Positions 34,468 through 47,934 of a stretch of DNA of 64,000 nucleotides are shown here, piece by piece. The position numbers and the translations under genes are program-made. The notes under the pieces were generated by a model. The model was not told where the DNA came from. It saw only the letters and a program-made list of their open reading frames with translations, and ran no database searches. The DNA comes from Rhizophagus irregularis (Eukaryota). Where the stretch lies: the NCBI RefSeq assembly GCF_026210795.1, contig NC_089430.1, forward strand, positions 4,402,001 to 4,466,000. The letters are read 5' to 3'. The first letter of the stretch is position 1, and each line of letters opens with the position of its first letter.

Positions 34468-36400
34468 TAGAATTTTTCGGAAACATTTGGAGAGCAGTAA
34501 AATAATATGACGCAGAACTCGCATTAAAACGGCCTAGGATCCGTAGTACTCCCTTCCTTGAAAGCATGTCATATATATTTACTTTCTATATCGGGTGATT
34601 GGAAAAATCAAGCCAATTAATATTTAAGGGGTCAATCAGAAACATTTGTCATAGACGGAATTTCGTAGACGTAAGAGAGGTCCTAGTATCTTAATATAAA
34701 TAAACGTTAGTAAGCAGAAAATAGAAACTAATTCGGAGGCCTGGAGTTACCAACCAGCTTCTCCAAAAGGAGAAGGGCTGCACACACGAGGGCGTTACTA
34801 ACAGGAAACGAATCGTCGTGGGTGTTGTGATACCAATTCCATGAGAAACCTTGAGTTACCAACCGACTTCCCCACCGGTGGCAAACAAAGTCTGAAGTTA
34901 CCAACCAGCTTCGCCAAATGGAGAAGGATTGCACACACGAGGGCGTTACCAACAGAAAACGAAGGTCGTGGGTGTTGTAAAACCAATTCCATGAGAAACC
35001 TTGAGTTACCAACCGGCTTCTCCACCGGTGGCAAACAAAGCCTGAAGTTACCAACCAGCTTCGCCAAATGGAGAAGGATTGCACACACGAGGGCGTACCA
35101 ACAGAAAACGAAGGTCGTGGGTGTTGTAAAACCAATTCCATGAGAAACCTTAAGTTACCAACCAGCTTCGCCAAATGGAGAAGGATTGCACACACGAGGG
35201 CGTACCAACAGAAAACGAAGGTCGTGGGTGTTGTAAAACCAATTCCATGAAAAACCTTAAGTTATCGCCAAATGGAGAAGGGTTGCACACACGAGGGCGT
35301 TACCAACAGATAACAAAGGTCGTGGGTGTTGTAAACAATCAGTTCTATACTCCCAAAGAAAAGGCGTTACCAACCAGCTTCGCCAAATGGAGAAGGGTTG
35401 CACACACGAGGGCGTTACCATCAGAAAACGAAGGTCGTGGGTGTTGTAAACAATCAGTTTTATACTCCCAAAGAAAAGGATTTACCAACCAGCTTCGCCA
35501 AATGGAGAAGGGTTGCACACACAAGGGCGTTACCATCAGAAAACGAAGGTCGTGGGTGTTGTAAACAATCAGTTTTATACTCCCAAAGAAAAGGCGTTAC
35601 CAACCAGCTTCGCCAAATGGAGAAGGGTTGCACACACGAGGGCGTTACCATCAGAAAACGAAGGTCGTGGGTGTTGTAAACAATCAGTTTTATACTCCCA
35701 AAGAAAGGCGTTACCAACCAGCTTCGCCAAATAGAGAAGGGTTGCACACACGAAGGCGTTACCATCAGAAAACGAAGGTCGTGGGTGTTGTAAACAATCA
35801 GTTTATACTCCCAAAGAAAAGGCGTTACCAACCAGCTTCGCCAAATGGAGAAGGGTTGCACACACGAGGGCGTTGCTATCAGAAAACGAAGGTCGTGGGT
35901 GTTGCAAGCAACCAGTTCATGCTCCCAAAAGAGTTCGACTATTTCCTGTTCATTTCTAAGTGAAGACGCGACAAATAATAGGTATCCTCACCCAAAAATA
36001 CTAAGCGAAGATTCGACAAATAATAGGTATTCCTCACCCAAGAAAAACTAAGTCGCTGAAATAAAAGAAAAAAATAATATTTTATTTATTTCGACTATTT
36101 CCTGTTCATTTCTAAGTGAAGACGCGATAGGTATTCCTCACCCAAGACCCAAAGAAAACTAAGCCGCTGAAATAAAAGAAAAAAAAATTATTTTATTTAG
36201 AAAGAGAAAAAAAATACTATGGTATATATATACAAAATTGGACTGATGTTATTATCACGTGATTCAATAGTTTTGATGTGCTCGTTAAAAATGTCAAAAA
36301 TAAATATCGCGTCGCGGGAGGATGTAACACCAGTGGTAAACAAAATACGTGATATCACATGTATCAATAGTTCAGCCCCATTACAAACTCTCGTGTCATT
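34468..36400 (-). repeat. Array-bearing dispersed element, copy 3 (inverted); array 34746-35905 with 10 cores
   Basis: Reverse complement of the head, leader, array and tail of copies 1 and 2. Similarity stops at AATGACACGA and CCGAAAAATTCTA. Confidence 0.95.
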
Positions 36401-36774
36401 AGAGAATTTTAAAAATTTTTTATACTACTTATCACGTGATGTTTAGCCAATAAAATGAATAAATACGTTGAAATTAAACGTGATCGATTTTAAATTTTTT
36501 TCAATCACTCCGCACTTAAAAATGTATAAATGGAGCGACCACTCACCACTAAATTCGTAAGAAATTATGTTAGCAATTATAAATTATCATGAATTGAGTA
36601 AATACACTTCACGGACATAAAAATAAAAAAACTTTATTAATTAATAAAAAAATTATAATTTGTAGGTGATAAAAAATACCAACTATCAAGTGTATCAATT
36701 AAGGCAAAATGAAATATATATTATAAAGAACTATAAAAATACTTATTTACTCGAACTGGGAAATTTGTTATTGA

Positions 36775-37631
36775 TTATTTTCTGTAATTCTTTACTAATA
36801 ACTCCTTAAAAATTACCGTTGGTGCACTTTTACTCGCTCCAACAGTTACTATACTTATAACATCTGCAGCAAGTCTAACAGCCCCATCTACAAGCCGTTC
36901 TTTTGCGTTATTTGGTTTATCTAACGCATAATAAACACCAGAAGAAATTAGTTGAAATACTGAACCAACAACTGGAACGAATCTAACAACTTTTGATACA
37001 GTTTTCTCGTTCATTTGTGTTGAACTGAGAACCTCTGGTTTAATACTTTTGTATCTCAATTCTAACAATTTGTCTTCTAAACGTTGCAGACTTTGCGCTC
37101 TTTTTTTTCTATGGCTGCAAGCGATAATGTCATCTTCATCTTCATCAGTAAAGGGAAAATCAACCGAAATAATTGGATATTTTCCTAAATCCTCAGTAAT
37201 TGTTCCAAATTTTTCTCAATCCATTCCGGTTTACTATTAGTAATGATAATAACAATATTTTTTTCTGCCCATTCAAAGATCTCTTTAAACAACTTGAACA
37301 TTTTTTTATCTTCATCGGTAATTCTACCCTTCCTTTGAACGTAAAATATATAATTGAGAGTTACTTTACATTTCGAAAAATAATCTCTTATTTTGTTAAC
37401 AGCTTCCTTATGAGGAACGATATGAGATAGTGGTTCACCTAATCCGACTGTATCAAATACTTGATATTTTTCCGTATAGCCAGTGTATATATTTAAAGTT
37501 TCTCCTTTCGCATTGTCATTAATTGTAAACTTATTATTATTTTGATAAATATCACCTTGAATCAGCATGTTAGCAATAGAGGACTTTCCATATCCGGTAC
37601 GCCCGAAAAGAATTATACTTTGTTCACTCAT
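36775..37631 (-). CDS. AIG1-like (TRAFAC-class) P-loop GTPase with a hydrophobic C-terminal region; one apparent 1-nt frameshift near 37204
   Basis: G1 GRTGYGKSS, G3 DTVG, G4-like ITNS. Adding one A at TTGGAA(A)CAATT joins ORF 37185..37631 to the frame TITEDLGKYPIISVDFP...LLELRYKSIKP of ORF 36775..37068. Confidence 0.75.
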
Positions 37632-39020
37632 TCTATTAAATTAGAAGAGAAATATAAGACAGGAATAAAACAAAAACACAAGGATCGGGTTATATTTAAT
37701 CGATTCGTGTAACAATTAATTTTTCGTACGTGTGAAAATTTTATTTTATATATTTATCGATTGATAGATATATTTATCTATTGTTACGCAATTTACGCAA
37801 CCTAAATCATGTGTAAATACATTCGATCGTCATTTATTTGTTTTTTTTTAAGAAAAAATATTTTTCTTATCATTGTATTTTTAAATTTTATGTAAACAAA
37901 TAAATTCAAAAGGTTTTATTGCTGACAAGAAATAATACAACGTAAATATTTTATATCAATTTTTGTAATATCATATTACTATCATATTCTTTATAAAGGA
38001 AATTTACTCCGGTTTTATTGGTCTTTTTTTTTTGTAAACTAAGAAATTGACTCGATGTTGTACGACTAATTAATTGGTCATGGACGGCCGCAGTAATTGA
38101 TCAAGTGTATTCGATCAACCGAACGGTTATTTTTTCAGCAAGATGAACTAATTTTAGTTTATATTGAGAAAATAATAATTATAATACACTCAGAGATCAA
38201 TATCATCAAGCAGTAAACATTCGTAGATGAATATTGGGAAACTTAAGATATTTAGAAAGGTTTTTTATATTTTTTTTATCGTGCCGGTTATCGCTTTACT
38301 TTTTAGTTTCTACTGGTGTGGAATGATAGTAAATATGCCATCATTTCTTTACTTTTCCTCCGGTCAGATTTTTTTTTTGCGCTGGAACGGTCTTGCCTTT
38401 TAAAGTACTTGGTCATCTTAATTATTTGTATAATGAAGTAAAAACATGTATACACCTTTTTCACGCACATAAGCTCAAATCGTCAAACTGACGGAGGCAT
38501 TTTACGATATGATATAAGGATTTGTTTGGATGTATAACTTGGATCTTCTGGCTTTAGTTAACTTTTTTTTTCAGTCCTTTAATGATAATGGGCATCCTTT
38601 TTGATGTAAAGTATATGTTTAAAATTTAGTTGGGCGAAAGTAAATATCTACAATACACTACGCATAGTTTTTTCTTGTATATATAGAAAAAAATATAATA
38701 TTCAAAAATTTTTCATTTGAGCCATAAATGCATAATTAATAATTTTAAATCAAAACATATTTATTTAATAATAAGATCTGAATTCTGAAACGATAAAAAA
38801 TGTGTTAAAAATAACATTTAACTTATTAATATAACTACATGAGAGTGAAGAGACGACTTTAAGATATAGAATCAAGGTTTAGTAAATTTTTTAAAAAAAA
38901 AAAATTTCCGCAATAGATCGATGATAATTAATGTATCGATTATAGAATAAATTTGGATTCCTAAAAAACCAAGTCTCATATTATAAAATTTTAAATGGGT
39001 AAATTTTGGACCCTTTTTTA

Positions 39021-39138
39021 AGTTACGGCCATACACAGTGAAAAGCACCGGAACCCGTCCGATCTCCGAAGTTAAGCCACTGATGGCCCAGTCAGTACTA
39101 CGGTTGGGGACAACGTGGGAATACTGGGTGCTGTAACT
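39021..39138 (+). rRNA. 5S rRNA gene, solitary
   Basis: Terminal helix AGTTACGGC/GCTGTAACT. Conserved GGCCATAC, CCCGTCCGATCTCCGAAGTTAAGC and AGTACTA..GTTGGGGAC..CGTGGGAATAC. Length 118-119 nt. Confidence 0.97.
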
Positions 39139-39139
39139 C

Positions 39140-39147
39140 TTTTTTTT
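39140..39147 (+). terminator. RNA polymerase III oligo-T terminator
   Basis: T8 run immediately after the 5S gene. Confidence 0.85.
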
Positions 39148-40053
39148 CTTTACGAAACACCGAAATTTTTTTAGATTTTAGGAAGAAAGATAGCCTTCTG
39201 AGTTGAATATAAAAAATTGATACGAATTAAGACGTTCGGATGGCAATATCAGAGAAATTTTCGATATAGAAAATTTTTTTATCTACTTTATATCTATTTA
39301 ATGATAAATTATCAAACTGTAACGCAATCACAAATAATTATGTGACAAAGTATACGACTTTTATTTAATTATAAATTCGTCAAAAAAAAAAAAAAAAAAT
39401 TTATGAAAGTATTTTCATAAAGTAGTTTTTAATATACAGACAGTATCTTTCCTTCACTAGTTTCATTGAATCACAGTTACCTTATAGGTCTAAAACAAAA
39501 GCTCTAAATTGGTTGCATAATTTAAAAAATAATTCTTGAAATTACATCGATTATTAAAATTTATAAAAATTTTGAAACTTCAATAATATAGACGCACTAA
39601 AGAGAAAATCATAAACAACAAAAAATTTTCTTTGGTGGTTTTTAATATTGATGAATATTGTAGAATGGAACGCCCGTCAATTTAATAATGCCATAGTATT
39701 TTCAAATAAAAAATATATTATCAGAATATTGTTAGTCATTTACGCTTGAGAACTCTTATTTTATGTTTATTTTTTGTGATCTAATATTAAATTGAATCAT
39801 ATTAGAGAAATTTTCTTTTTTTTTTACGTTTACTGATAAATTGAAATCAGGAAATCGTTATTCAATTCATTTAATCAGTAATTTTACTAAATATAAATAC
39901 ACTCATCAATAATTTTCTTTTTACAATAAGATTTTTCAAAATTTTCCATTTGCTAATTGATCTAAAAAATAAAATTTATAGGTTAAATATATAAATAAAA
40001 AAAAAAAGAATAATTTTATAGAACTTCTGATTTTACCATCTTTATTGATTTCA

Positions 40054-41496
40054 TTAATTTTTCAATTGAGAAAGATCAATTTGTAAAGTTTCTATTTAAT
40101 TAAATAACATTAGTATATTAATATTTAAATATTAAAAAAAAATATTTACCTGAAAATTTTTCACTAATTATATTATCATTTTGTTCATAATAATCATCAG
40201 AATTTTTTGGTTCTGGAAGATTATTAAATTTAAGTAATCTACTTGTATAAACAGCTCCTGAATGTATTTCATATGATAAATTAACTGAAGACATATTGCT
40301 AGTTGGCAAATTATTATTGATCTCTTCTGCTTCTTTAATTTGTTTTCCTATTTCTGATTGATTGTTATCATATTCATTCCATTTAATTAAAATATCACTA
40401 ATTTCTCTTTCTTTTGGTCGATTTAATGGATTTGCATCCAAGCATCTTTTAATTAAATGCACAATTAATTGGGGAACTTTAATATTATTGAATCTTGGCC
40501 TAAGTCCTTGACAAATTTTTATTGCTAAATTTTCATCATGACTTAAATCATAATACGGAAATAATCCAGAAATTACTTCATACATAATTATACCAAAACT
40601 ATAAATATCAGCAGCTTTAGTATAATTTTGTCCTCTTAAAATTTCAGGAGCGATATAAGGTAAAACACCATATATTCTATTTTTTGAATTTTCTGATGAA
40701 TTATAATCTGCAGGTTTACATAATCCCATATCAGTTATACTGGAATAATATGGAAACTTTAATACATTACCAATATGTAAATCTCGATGAATTAGTTCCC
40801 TTTCATGGATTGTTTCAAGTCCATATGCAATATTCCACAAATAAAAAAGTTTAGTTTTCCAATCTAACTTACTATAATATTTATTTAAATAATTTCGTAA
40901 ACTTCCTTTCTCCGCATATTGCAAAACCATCATATAATTTTTTGTTTCCGGGTCTTGTGTAATTCCATGAACTCTAACAATAAAAGAAATATAAGAGTCT
41001 TCAATAGCTTTACAATGCATTGTAATCTAAATATATATAAATTTTTTCAAAAATCCATAAGTAAAATAACATTTAAAAAATTTATTAAAAAAAAATTAAT
41101 TTGTACCTCATTTATAAATTCTAGTGTAACATTTTCTGAATTATTTAAACTTTTCAATGCTACAAATTCATTGGAATTAAATCTTTTCCAATTTTGATTT
41201 TCATTGGTATCCCAATGATGAATATATCCATCAATCCATTTTGCTTTATATACTTTTCCAAAACCACCTTTTGCAATATATTCAATATCATAAAATTTAT
41301 TGTATGGTATCCATTCTAATACTCTATAATGATTAATTGATAATAATTGAGTTTCTTGAATTAATTTGTTAATATCATCATTATTACTAGTCCAATTTTT
41401 AAAATTTTGTTGAAAATGTTTTGAATTACATTCTATACACCATTGATATCCAGTATTTTCTTTTTCACATTCTTTACAAATTCCATAAGTTCCCAT
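40054..41496 (-). CDS. TKL-type protein kinase with N-terminal CxxC...CxxC motif; exons 41496-41107, 41026-40150 and a probable short exon 40091-40054
   Basis: IAKGGFGKVY, VALKSL, HRDLHIGN, DMGL, YIAPE and DIYSFG. GT-AG introns at 41027-41106 and 40092-40149. The last exon is less certain. Confidence 0.92.
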
Positions 41497-42747
41497 AATT
41501 TGTTAATAAATTTTAAATTTATTATTTATTTAAAATTTTTTTTTTTTTTTTTTTTTTGAAAAAATTTAAAATTTTGTTTTACCCAGAAGAAAAAATTCTT
41601 TTTTTCGTTTTGTACGATTTATGCATTGGAACGTGTAACATACAACGTACCACTAATTTTTACTGCGCCGAAAATTTTGTTTAGTCAAAAAAAAAAATAA
41701 AAATAAATAATCGTATTACCGGCTTATAGTTGTGAAAGTAAATTATATATTAAAACAATAAAAATTAAAATCAATTGTTTTAACCGGATGGAGTTGAAAT
41801 TTTAAAATATCAATACAAACTATCTAGAAGGTGAGCGATGACGTCGTAAAATAATCCCTATATTGATTGATAAACAATCAATCTTTCGTTTGACTGCGCA
41901 ATAATATAGTTTCCGTTTCGTATATATAACGAAATATAATAAATCAAACCAAAACTTGATCTTTTTATCAATCAAAATTATAATATATGAGAAAATATGG
42001 CAAAGTTTATGTAACGTTAGGACATTAGGTGGTTACTAACAAATTTATTCGATACCGGTTTCCAATATTAGTTAATCTATTCAATGAAATTCAGATGAGT
42101 GGAACCTTGTAAAGTAAATGAAACATTCATTCATATTTTACATCATAAAATCGTAAAGTTAGTTGTTTTATTTATTTTATTTGGTAGACATTAATTAATA
42201 GAAAAAAAGTTCTTGAAATCTTGAATATAGCAAATATATATTACACAACAATAAAAATAAACAAATAATAACGAAAGAGAATAAAAAGTAACAATTCATT
42301 TTAAATAAGCCAATCTATCGTCTGTTCTCTTCTGAAACATAAAATTATAATTAACGATGAGTTTTGCAGCATTGTCGATAGCCAGGGGTTTTGATAATGC
42401 ATAGATACGAATATTCATCAGATTTTCTTAACATTTTTTTTTACAAATAGCCAGGATTTATTTGTTCGAGACTTCGAGGCCATCTTAAATATAGTATTTG
42501 CTTTATAGTTATTTGCTTCAAATGTATGAAATAATATCACATATTCAATAAAATCAATTAATAATTGCAATAATTGCACAAGCACATCTTAAAAATAATA
42601 ACATCTGATACGGTGACAATTTACATGCGCCTCGTTTCATCAAGAGAAAATTTTTTATTAATACACGCAAAAATAAATACAAAGGATCAGGACACAGCCA
42701 GTAGTACATGACGTTTCTATGCTACATTTGCAGACTATTATACATGC

Positions 42748-44052
42748 TTATTTTTTTGAACGATATTCCTCTATACTAGCTTTTTTCTTTGAGAGAGAAT
42801 CGTCTTCCGCGCATGCCCTATCCTTTAATAAACCTACTACTACGCCCAACACCTTTTTCACGCCATTACGTAATGTTTGATATTCTACGGATTCTTTAAC
42901 CAAAGCATCTTCGGAAAATTCGATGCTAAATGGTAATTTACTGCCTTGTGAAATTTTTACTGGAGTGTAGAGCAGGAAGTGCGAGCTGTAGTGACAACAA
43001 CATATAGATAATCGAAATCATCACCATCCTCTCGCTTTCGTTTTCTCTTATTCATTTGGAACAAACTCTCAAGTTGCTTGATATTCTGAGCGAAGCCCTC
43101 GACTACATTCCGCTGTGGTTTGTCCTCTGTAATGCAAATAAGATTCTCTGTTTCCTGGAATTAAAGCTATGATGTTAGTACGATATACCCAGATGATGTA
43201 AAGAAAAAAAATGCCAAGAAATTTTCGAGACAGTGCGGTCCCGGAAAAAATACCACAATACCTTGATTGCATAATCAGCATTCTCACTTATTACTTCGTA
43301 CTCAGGTCTCATGCTGAGTTTTTTCCCTGTATCATCCCTAGTAATATTGATCGTGGTGTGAAGAATTGTCACGATGTGCTCATTGCGCATGGCTTCCAAG
43401 CTATCCACAACCAAAGTCCCGTAATTTTTTAACCTGACTAAAATTTCCGCCATGCAATGCTCGAAGTGCTTGTCGGAGTCTTCAATTTCATAGGTTTATA
43501 AAGAAAATAGTGGATGGTGACTGTCCCACTAGAGTCAATATCGTATTTCGCTAATACCTCACTCAAACTTCGGTATGACGAGAACGCTTTTAATTTTTCT
43601 CCTTACGCTCCTTAGCGAAGACGCAATATTTGATGCAGGTCCACTTCCATAGCTTCTGAGTTTTTATTCGGTTATATTCCCTGTATAAAAAGTCAATCCT
43701 TTTTTATATTCCATCTTTTTTCCGTAAAAGGCTCATATTTCCGGAATTAATAACCTTATATCATGGAATTATCGAATTATTTACATTTTCCGTGAATAGA
43801 TTTGTGAAAGGCTCATTTTTACGGAGTTGTTACAGAAATAACGGATAAAATTTTTTATAGGAATTGAGGAAGGCACGGTCGTTAACCTTTTGTTTGCGAT
43901 TTATCTAAAAGTCATCGTCGTCAAGACCTAAGTCCTCTTCTTTCCGTAAATATTCGATAAGAGCCTCCGTTTTATATTTTTTAATTTCTTCCGCAGCGTG
44001 AGCGAGTCATTTCCAGTAGCAGTAGCGGAAGTAGAAACTGGTGTATCGACAA
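42748..44052 (-). pseudogene. Crinkler-related pseudogene (SAM-like N-terminus, endonuclease-like C-terminus)
   Basis: Fragments KVNDRAFLNITE*KLRSYG, MAEILVRLKNYGTL...RPEYEVI...ADYAIK, RKRKREDGDDFDYLY and VKKVLGVVVGLLKDRACAE, with stops, frameshifts and an insertion. Confidence 0.75.
43679..43862. mobile_element. 184-bp CCC-ended mini transposon with a 3-bp ATT duplication
   Basis: Left end CCCTGTATAAAAA, right end TTTTTTATAGGA. ATT at 43676-43678 and 43863-43865. Removal restores AFLN|ITE. Internal TTCCG(T)/ACGGA motifs and a repeated AAAGGCTCAT. Confidence 0.75.
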
Positions 44053-44754
44053 TATTTGATTTAACGTTGCGTTTTTATAGGAATATTTGGCTCGGATAAA
44101 AAATAGTGTTACATCCGGAGTGATACAGTTGTAAAATAAAAGATTTACTTTTGGGAAAACTCTGGGGAAAGCAAGCGTTAATATATGGTTTCATGTCGCA
44201 CAGACAGGTCGAGTAATTGCACATGATTTTGTACGCATCATTACACGTGACTCACAGAAACAACGATGCTTTATTATTTGTAAAATAAAGAACGTCTTGA
44301 CTGATACATAAAATAAGATTTGCGAAAATACATCGCTACATCCATTTCCTTTTCAATAACGCTTCCGGCTTGAATTATACAAATTTTGAGAGGGATTTGA
44401 TTAAATAGTGACCCAATATACTTTGAATTGCAGCCGTACACGCAATGTCATCATTAACCTTAATAAAGCTCCACCAGATTTTTATATTGTTTGACTTCAT
44501 TGATGCTAATTATATTATAGCACTCGAAATTCTTGACGAAAAAATGTCTATTAACTTTATGTAAACTCACAGTCGAAATTTTTCTTACACAGTTATAAAA
44601 AAGTCAATCAATGTAACGATCACCACGTAATCACTAGAATATTATATATGATACAGTAGGGTATATATATATTTTTTATTTTTCCGGTTCAACACATCAA
44701 TTATTATACAAAAATAAACCGTGTTGTGAAACAATAATTACTAATGTACACATT

Positions 44755-46073
44755 CTAATCTGTCTCATCTAGCCTTTGTGCCTCCTCCAGCAACCACGCA
44801 ATATGACCAAGGACCTTTTTACCCGGTACTCCATATCTTCATCCCCATATACAATGACCACCGGTTTTGATAGTTTAAACTCAGGTTTTACTTCGTCATC
44901 CAATGAACACTACAAAAAAAACCACCTCTCGGAATCAGTTATGATACCAAAGACTTTTTCTTATAATTTGACAAAGCAGCTGATTCACACTGCACTGAAT
45001 TCTGAGCAATGCCTTGTAGAAAATCTTTATCTTTGACTTCGGTAATACTAATTATCCTAGAAGCCCGGACTAGAACTAAAGCAAAATCTACAGGTCCATG
45101 ACCATTTGGACCTGAGACATTCTTTCCTGGACGAACTTTGAACTTATACTCAAAAAGATTGGTAACGGCTACAAGGTATGCACAAACATACTGACTTTTT
45201 GATGCTTCATTTCCGATAGGGATAGCCTTAAGTCGGAAATTAAAGTCAGCCATAAGATGCTTGATTATTACTTGTGGCTTTTCATCATTCAATTGTACAC
45301 ATTCACAAGTAAAAATAGGAAACACGGATAATTATGGATCACCATATTCACTAAACCAATAGAGCTGACATACTTTTGGAAAGGTCCAAAGAGAAAAGGA
45401 TAAAGATGTCTCTATGAATACAGTGAATTTGAGGCTACTTTTTGCCACAAATAACTGGAGAATATTTCGAAGCTCTAAGTCGCTTTGAGGGGAGTATTTG
45501 TCACCATTGCATTCAAAGGTAAATGTTGGATCATCCTTCTCAAGTTCTGGGAGTTGATGCATGGCAAATATAGATTCCCTAAGATCTCCAAGGGTCACTT
45601 GATCTATATTTGCAACCCATTTGAATGCCTTTGTGCGTTTCGGATTCACTATGACATCGAATTCTACAATCACAATAACTAGCTTAGTATAATTTTAATT
45701 TCAAACTCTCCTCAACACAGCCAACATACCATATATGGGCTTTCTGAGTAGCCTCTCTAATTCCGCTATTTTATTCATCAACTCCATCTCTTGTCTGGTT
45801 ATGATGGATTCTGGTGGAGATACGAATCAGTGTAGCAAATATGACATAGTCAAGAGAGGAAATGAAACAAGCTTATTCTACGTTGACCAAAATTTATTAC
45901 GGCTCACTTACCAGCAACGGGTTGCGCTACAATAATGTGAATGTGTTTTTTAGGCGGGTTTAACGATAAAAAGTAGGAAAGAAAAGCACAAGATTTAGTA
46001 AGTATGTGGGGTATTATTGGCAAATATGACAGAGAAAGACAAAAAATTGAAATTTACCAACAGTAAGAGACAT
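44755..46073 (-). pseudogene. Crinkler (CRN)-family pseudogene with an endonuclease-like C-terminal domain
   Basis: PPKKHIHIIVAQP (CRN HVLVxxP-type junction motif) before a GTAAGT donor, then EFDVIVNPKR.. and GPNGHGPVDFAL..ITEVKDKDFLQGIAQNSVQCES. Frameshifts lie near 45330 and 44960, and most of the N-terminal domain is missing. Confidence 0.8.
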
Positions 46074-46867
46074 TCCCCTTTTCCTTCTTCTTCACTACAA
46101 ATAATTAGGCTGATTGGGAATAAAGATCCTTAACATAAGGGAGGCACATAACCGATTCCTCCTCTGCCAGAATTAGCAGAAGAACTTCATAGTAAGATGT
46201 GCACGTCGTAGCGATGAGACCAGGTACTGTAATGCTCAAGCCCATGGTAAACCATGTTGCCACCTTGAATATTAACAAAATGATACTTATTAATAATATA
46301 AAATAATAATAATATAATTTAACAATACTTGGCTTAATAACTAATATAAAATTAAATTCTAAAAATTAAAATGCAATAATTTCTCCATGTTATAACCCTT
46401 TAAATAATACCATTAAATTAATTAATGTGGCTCTTTTTCATCATAAGAAAAAGGCAAAAAGAATCGAAATTATCTATTCTAAAGGTAAAATATAATAATT
46501 AATCATTCTCCTTTTTACTTGATCAATTGTAGCTTCCTTTTATAATTAATTAAGTTGTACAATTCTCCATTGATTCTGATAATCATAATAAATCGTAATG
46601 ATCTTCACATAAGCCTAATAATTAATATCTCATTGGTTCTTATGATTAAATATAAAATATATTCCCAAGAACTATGTAATACTAAACATTACATATGGAT
46701 CAGTTTATACTCATGATCCCGGAGTTTATTATATGATCCTTTAGCACAATATGATTGTTTAACGTCATTCCGGACCATAGTAAATAAAAATACTATAAAA
46801 ATTTACACAAACTAAATATAATACTACGCCACACAATTAATAAATTCACTAGGCAAGTAACGGTAAG

Positions 46868-47218
46868 TCACATCATTACAGTACTCAAGTCTAGACGACT
46901 AGACGTTATTCCCCATAGCCGCAGAATACAGGGCGTAGCACACTTACTATGCTCGTTAGCATCTTCACGCCCGAGAACGTGTAAAATACTAACCTTCAAG
47001 TTATGTTTCAATATCGACACCTTCTCTTTTTCTCTCCCGGGTTTTAAATGTTTATTCAACACTTTCAGTTCGACTGCCAGAGCACTACGCGACTTCCGCT
47101 TTGACCCCGAATATTTCTCGTAGAAAAACGAGTCCCATGTATCAACTCCCCACTTTTCATAGGGAGTCTCCCAGTACTCAGTATATAGAAGTTTTTTTTT
47201 GATTTTTTCAGTCAACAT
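46868..47218 (-). other. Probable first exon or fragment of a hypothetical protein
   Basis: Natural-looking ORF (EYWETPYEKWGVDTWDSFF) with a candidate donor AAG|GTTAGT near 46993; no downstream exons recognised. Confidence 0.45.
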
Positions 47219-47934
47219 ATTAATAAAGTTCAGTTGAATAAAAAAATAAAAAATAATAGATAGGAAGACAAAAAAAAACCGAAAGAAAAAGTGAAGCTAT
47301 TTATATTCACCTTTGCTTAAACACAAAAATGCGCGATAAAGTTTATTTTTACTTAAACGCATCATTAAAAATATACTCCGAAATCCAATGGTAAAAAAAT
47401 AAGCTATACACGCGCTGAGAAATCCTAATCGGTAAATTAAGCTATTGATGAATCAATCCTGTCACTCCGAAAATAAGTTGTACTAGGATAATTAAGCTAT
47501 CTGTTTAGTAGAATAATCAGTCATATCATTCCGAAATAGGAAAATTAAGTTATCTATTACTCCGAAAATAAGCTGTACGGGTTTTTTTTTTACCTTTTTT
47601 TCTGCTTAAAATACGCGCTTGAAGGTCCGATAGTAGAAAAATTAAGTTCCTGTCCATTATTGAACACGAAAATGAAGTAAGCTGTCGCCAGAAGTCATGA
47701 AATTTTTTAGGGTCAGGTGTATTAATTAAGGTGGATAATGCTTTCTTCTTGACCCACATATATTGTATTACAAGATAGCACAAACTAAGCTAACGCCAGC
47801 AGGACAATAAAAATCTATCATTCAACTGAAAATCGGTACATATGAATTCAGGGACAGCGTGTAAAGAGACACAGATAGATACATTTGTTTAAGATTCTAA
47901 TTCGTATACGTCCACATTATTTACAATTTTAATA

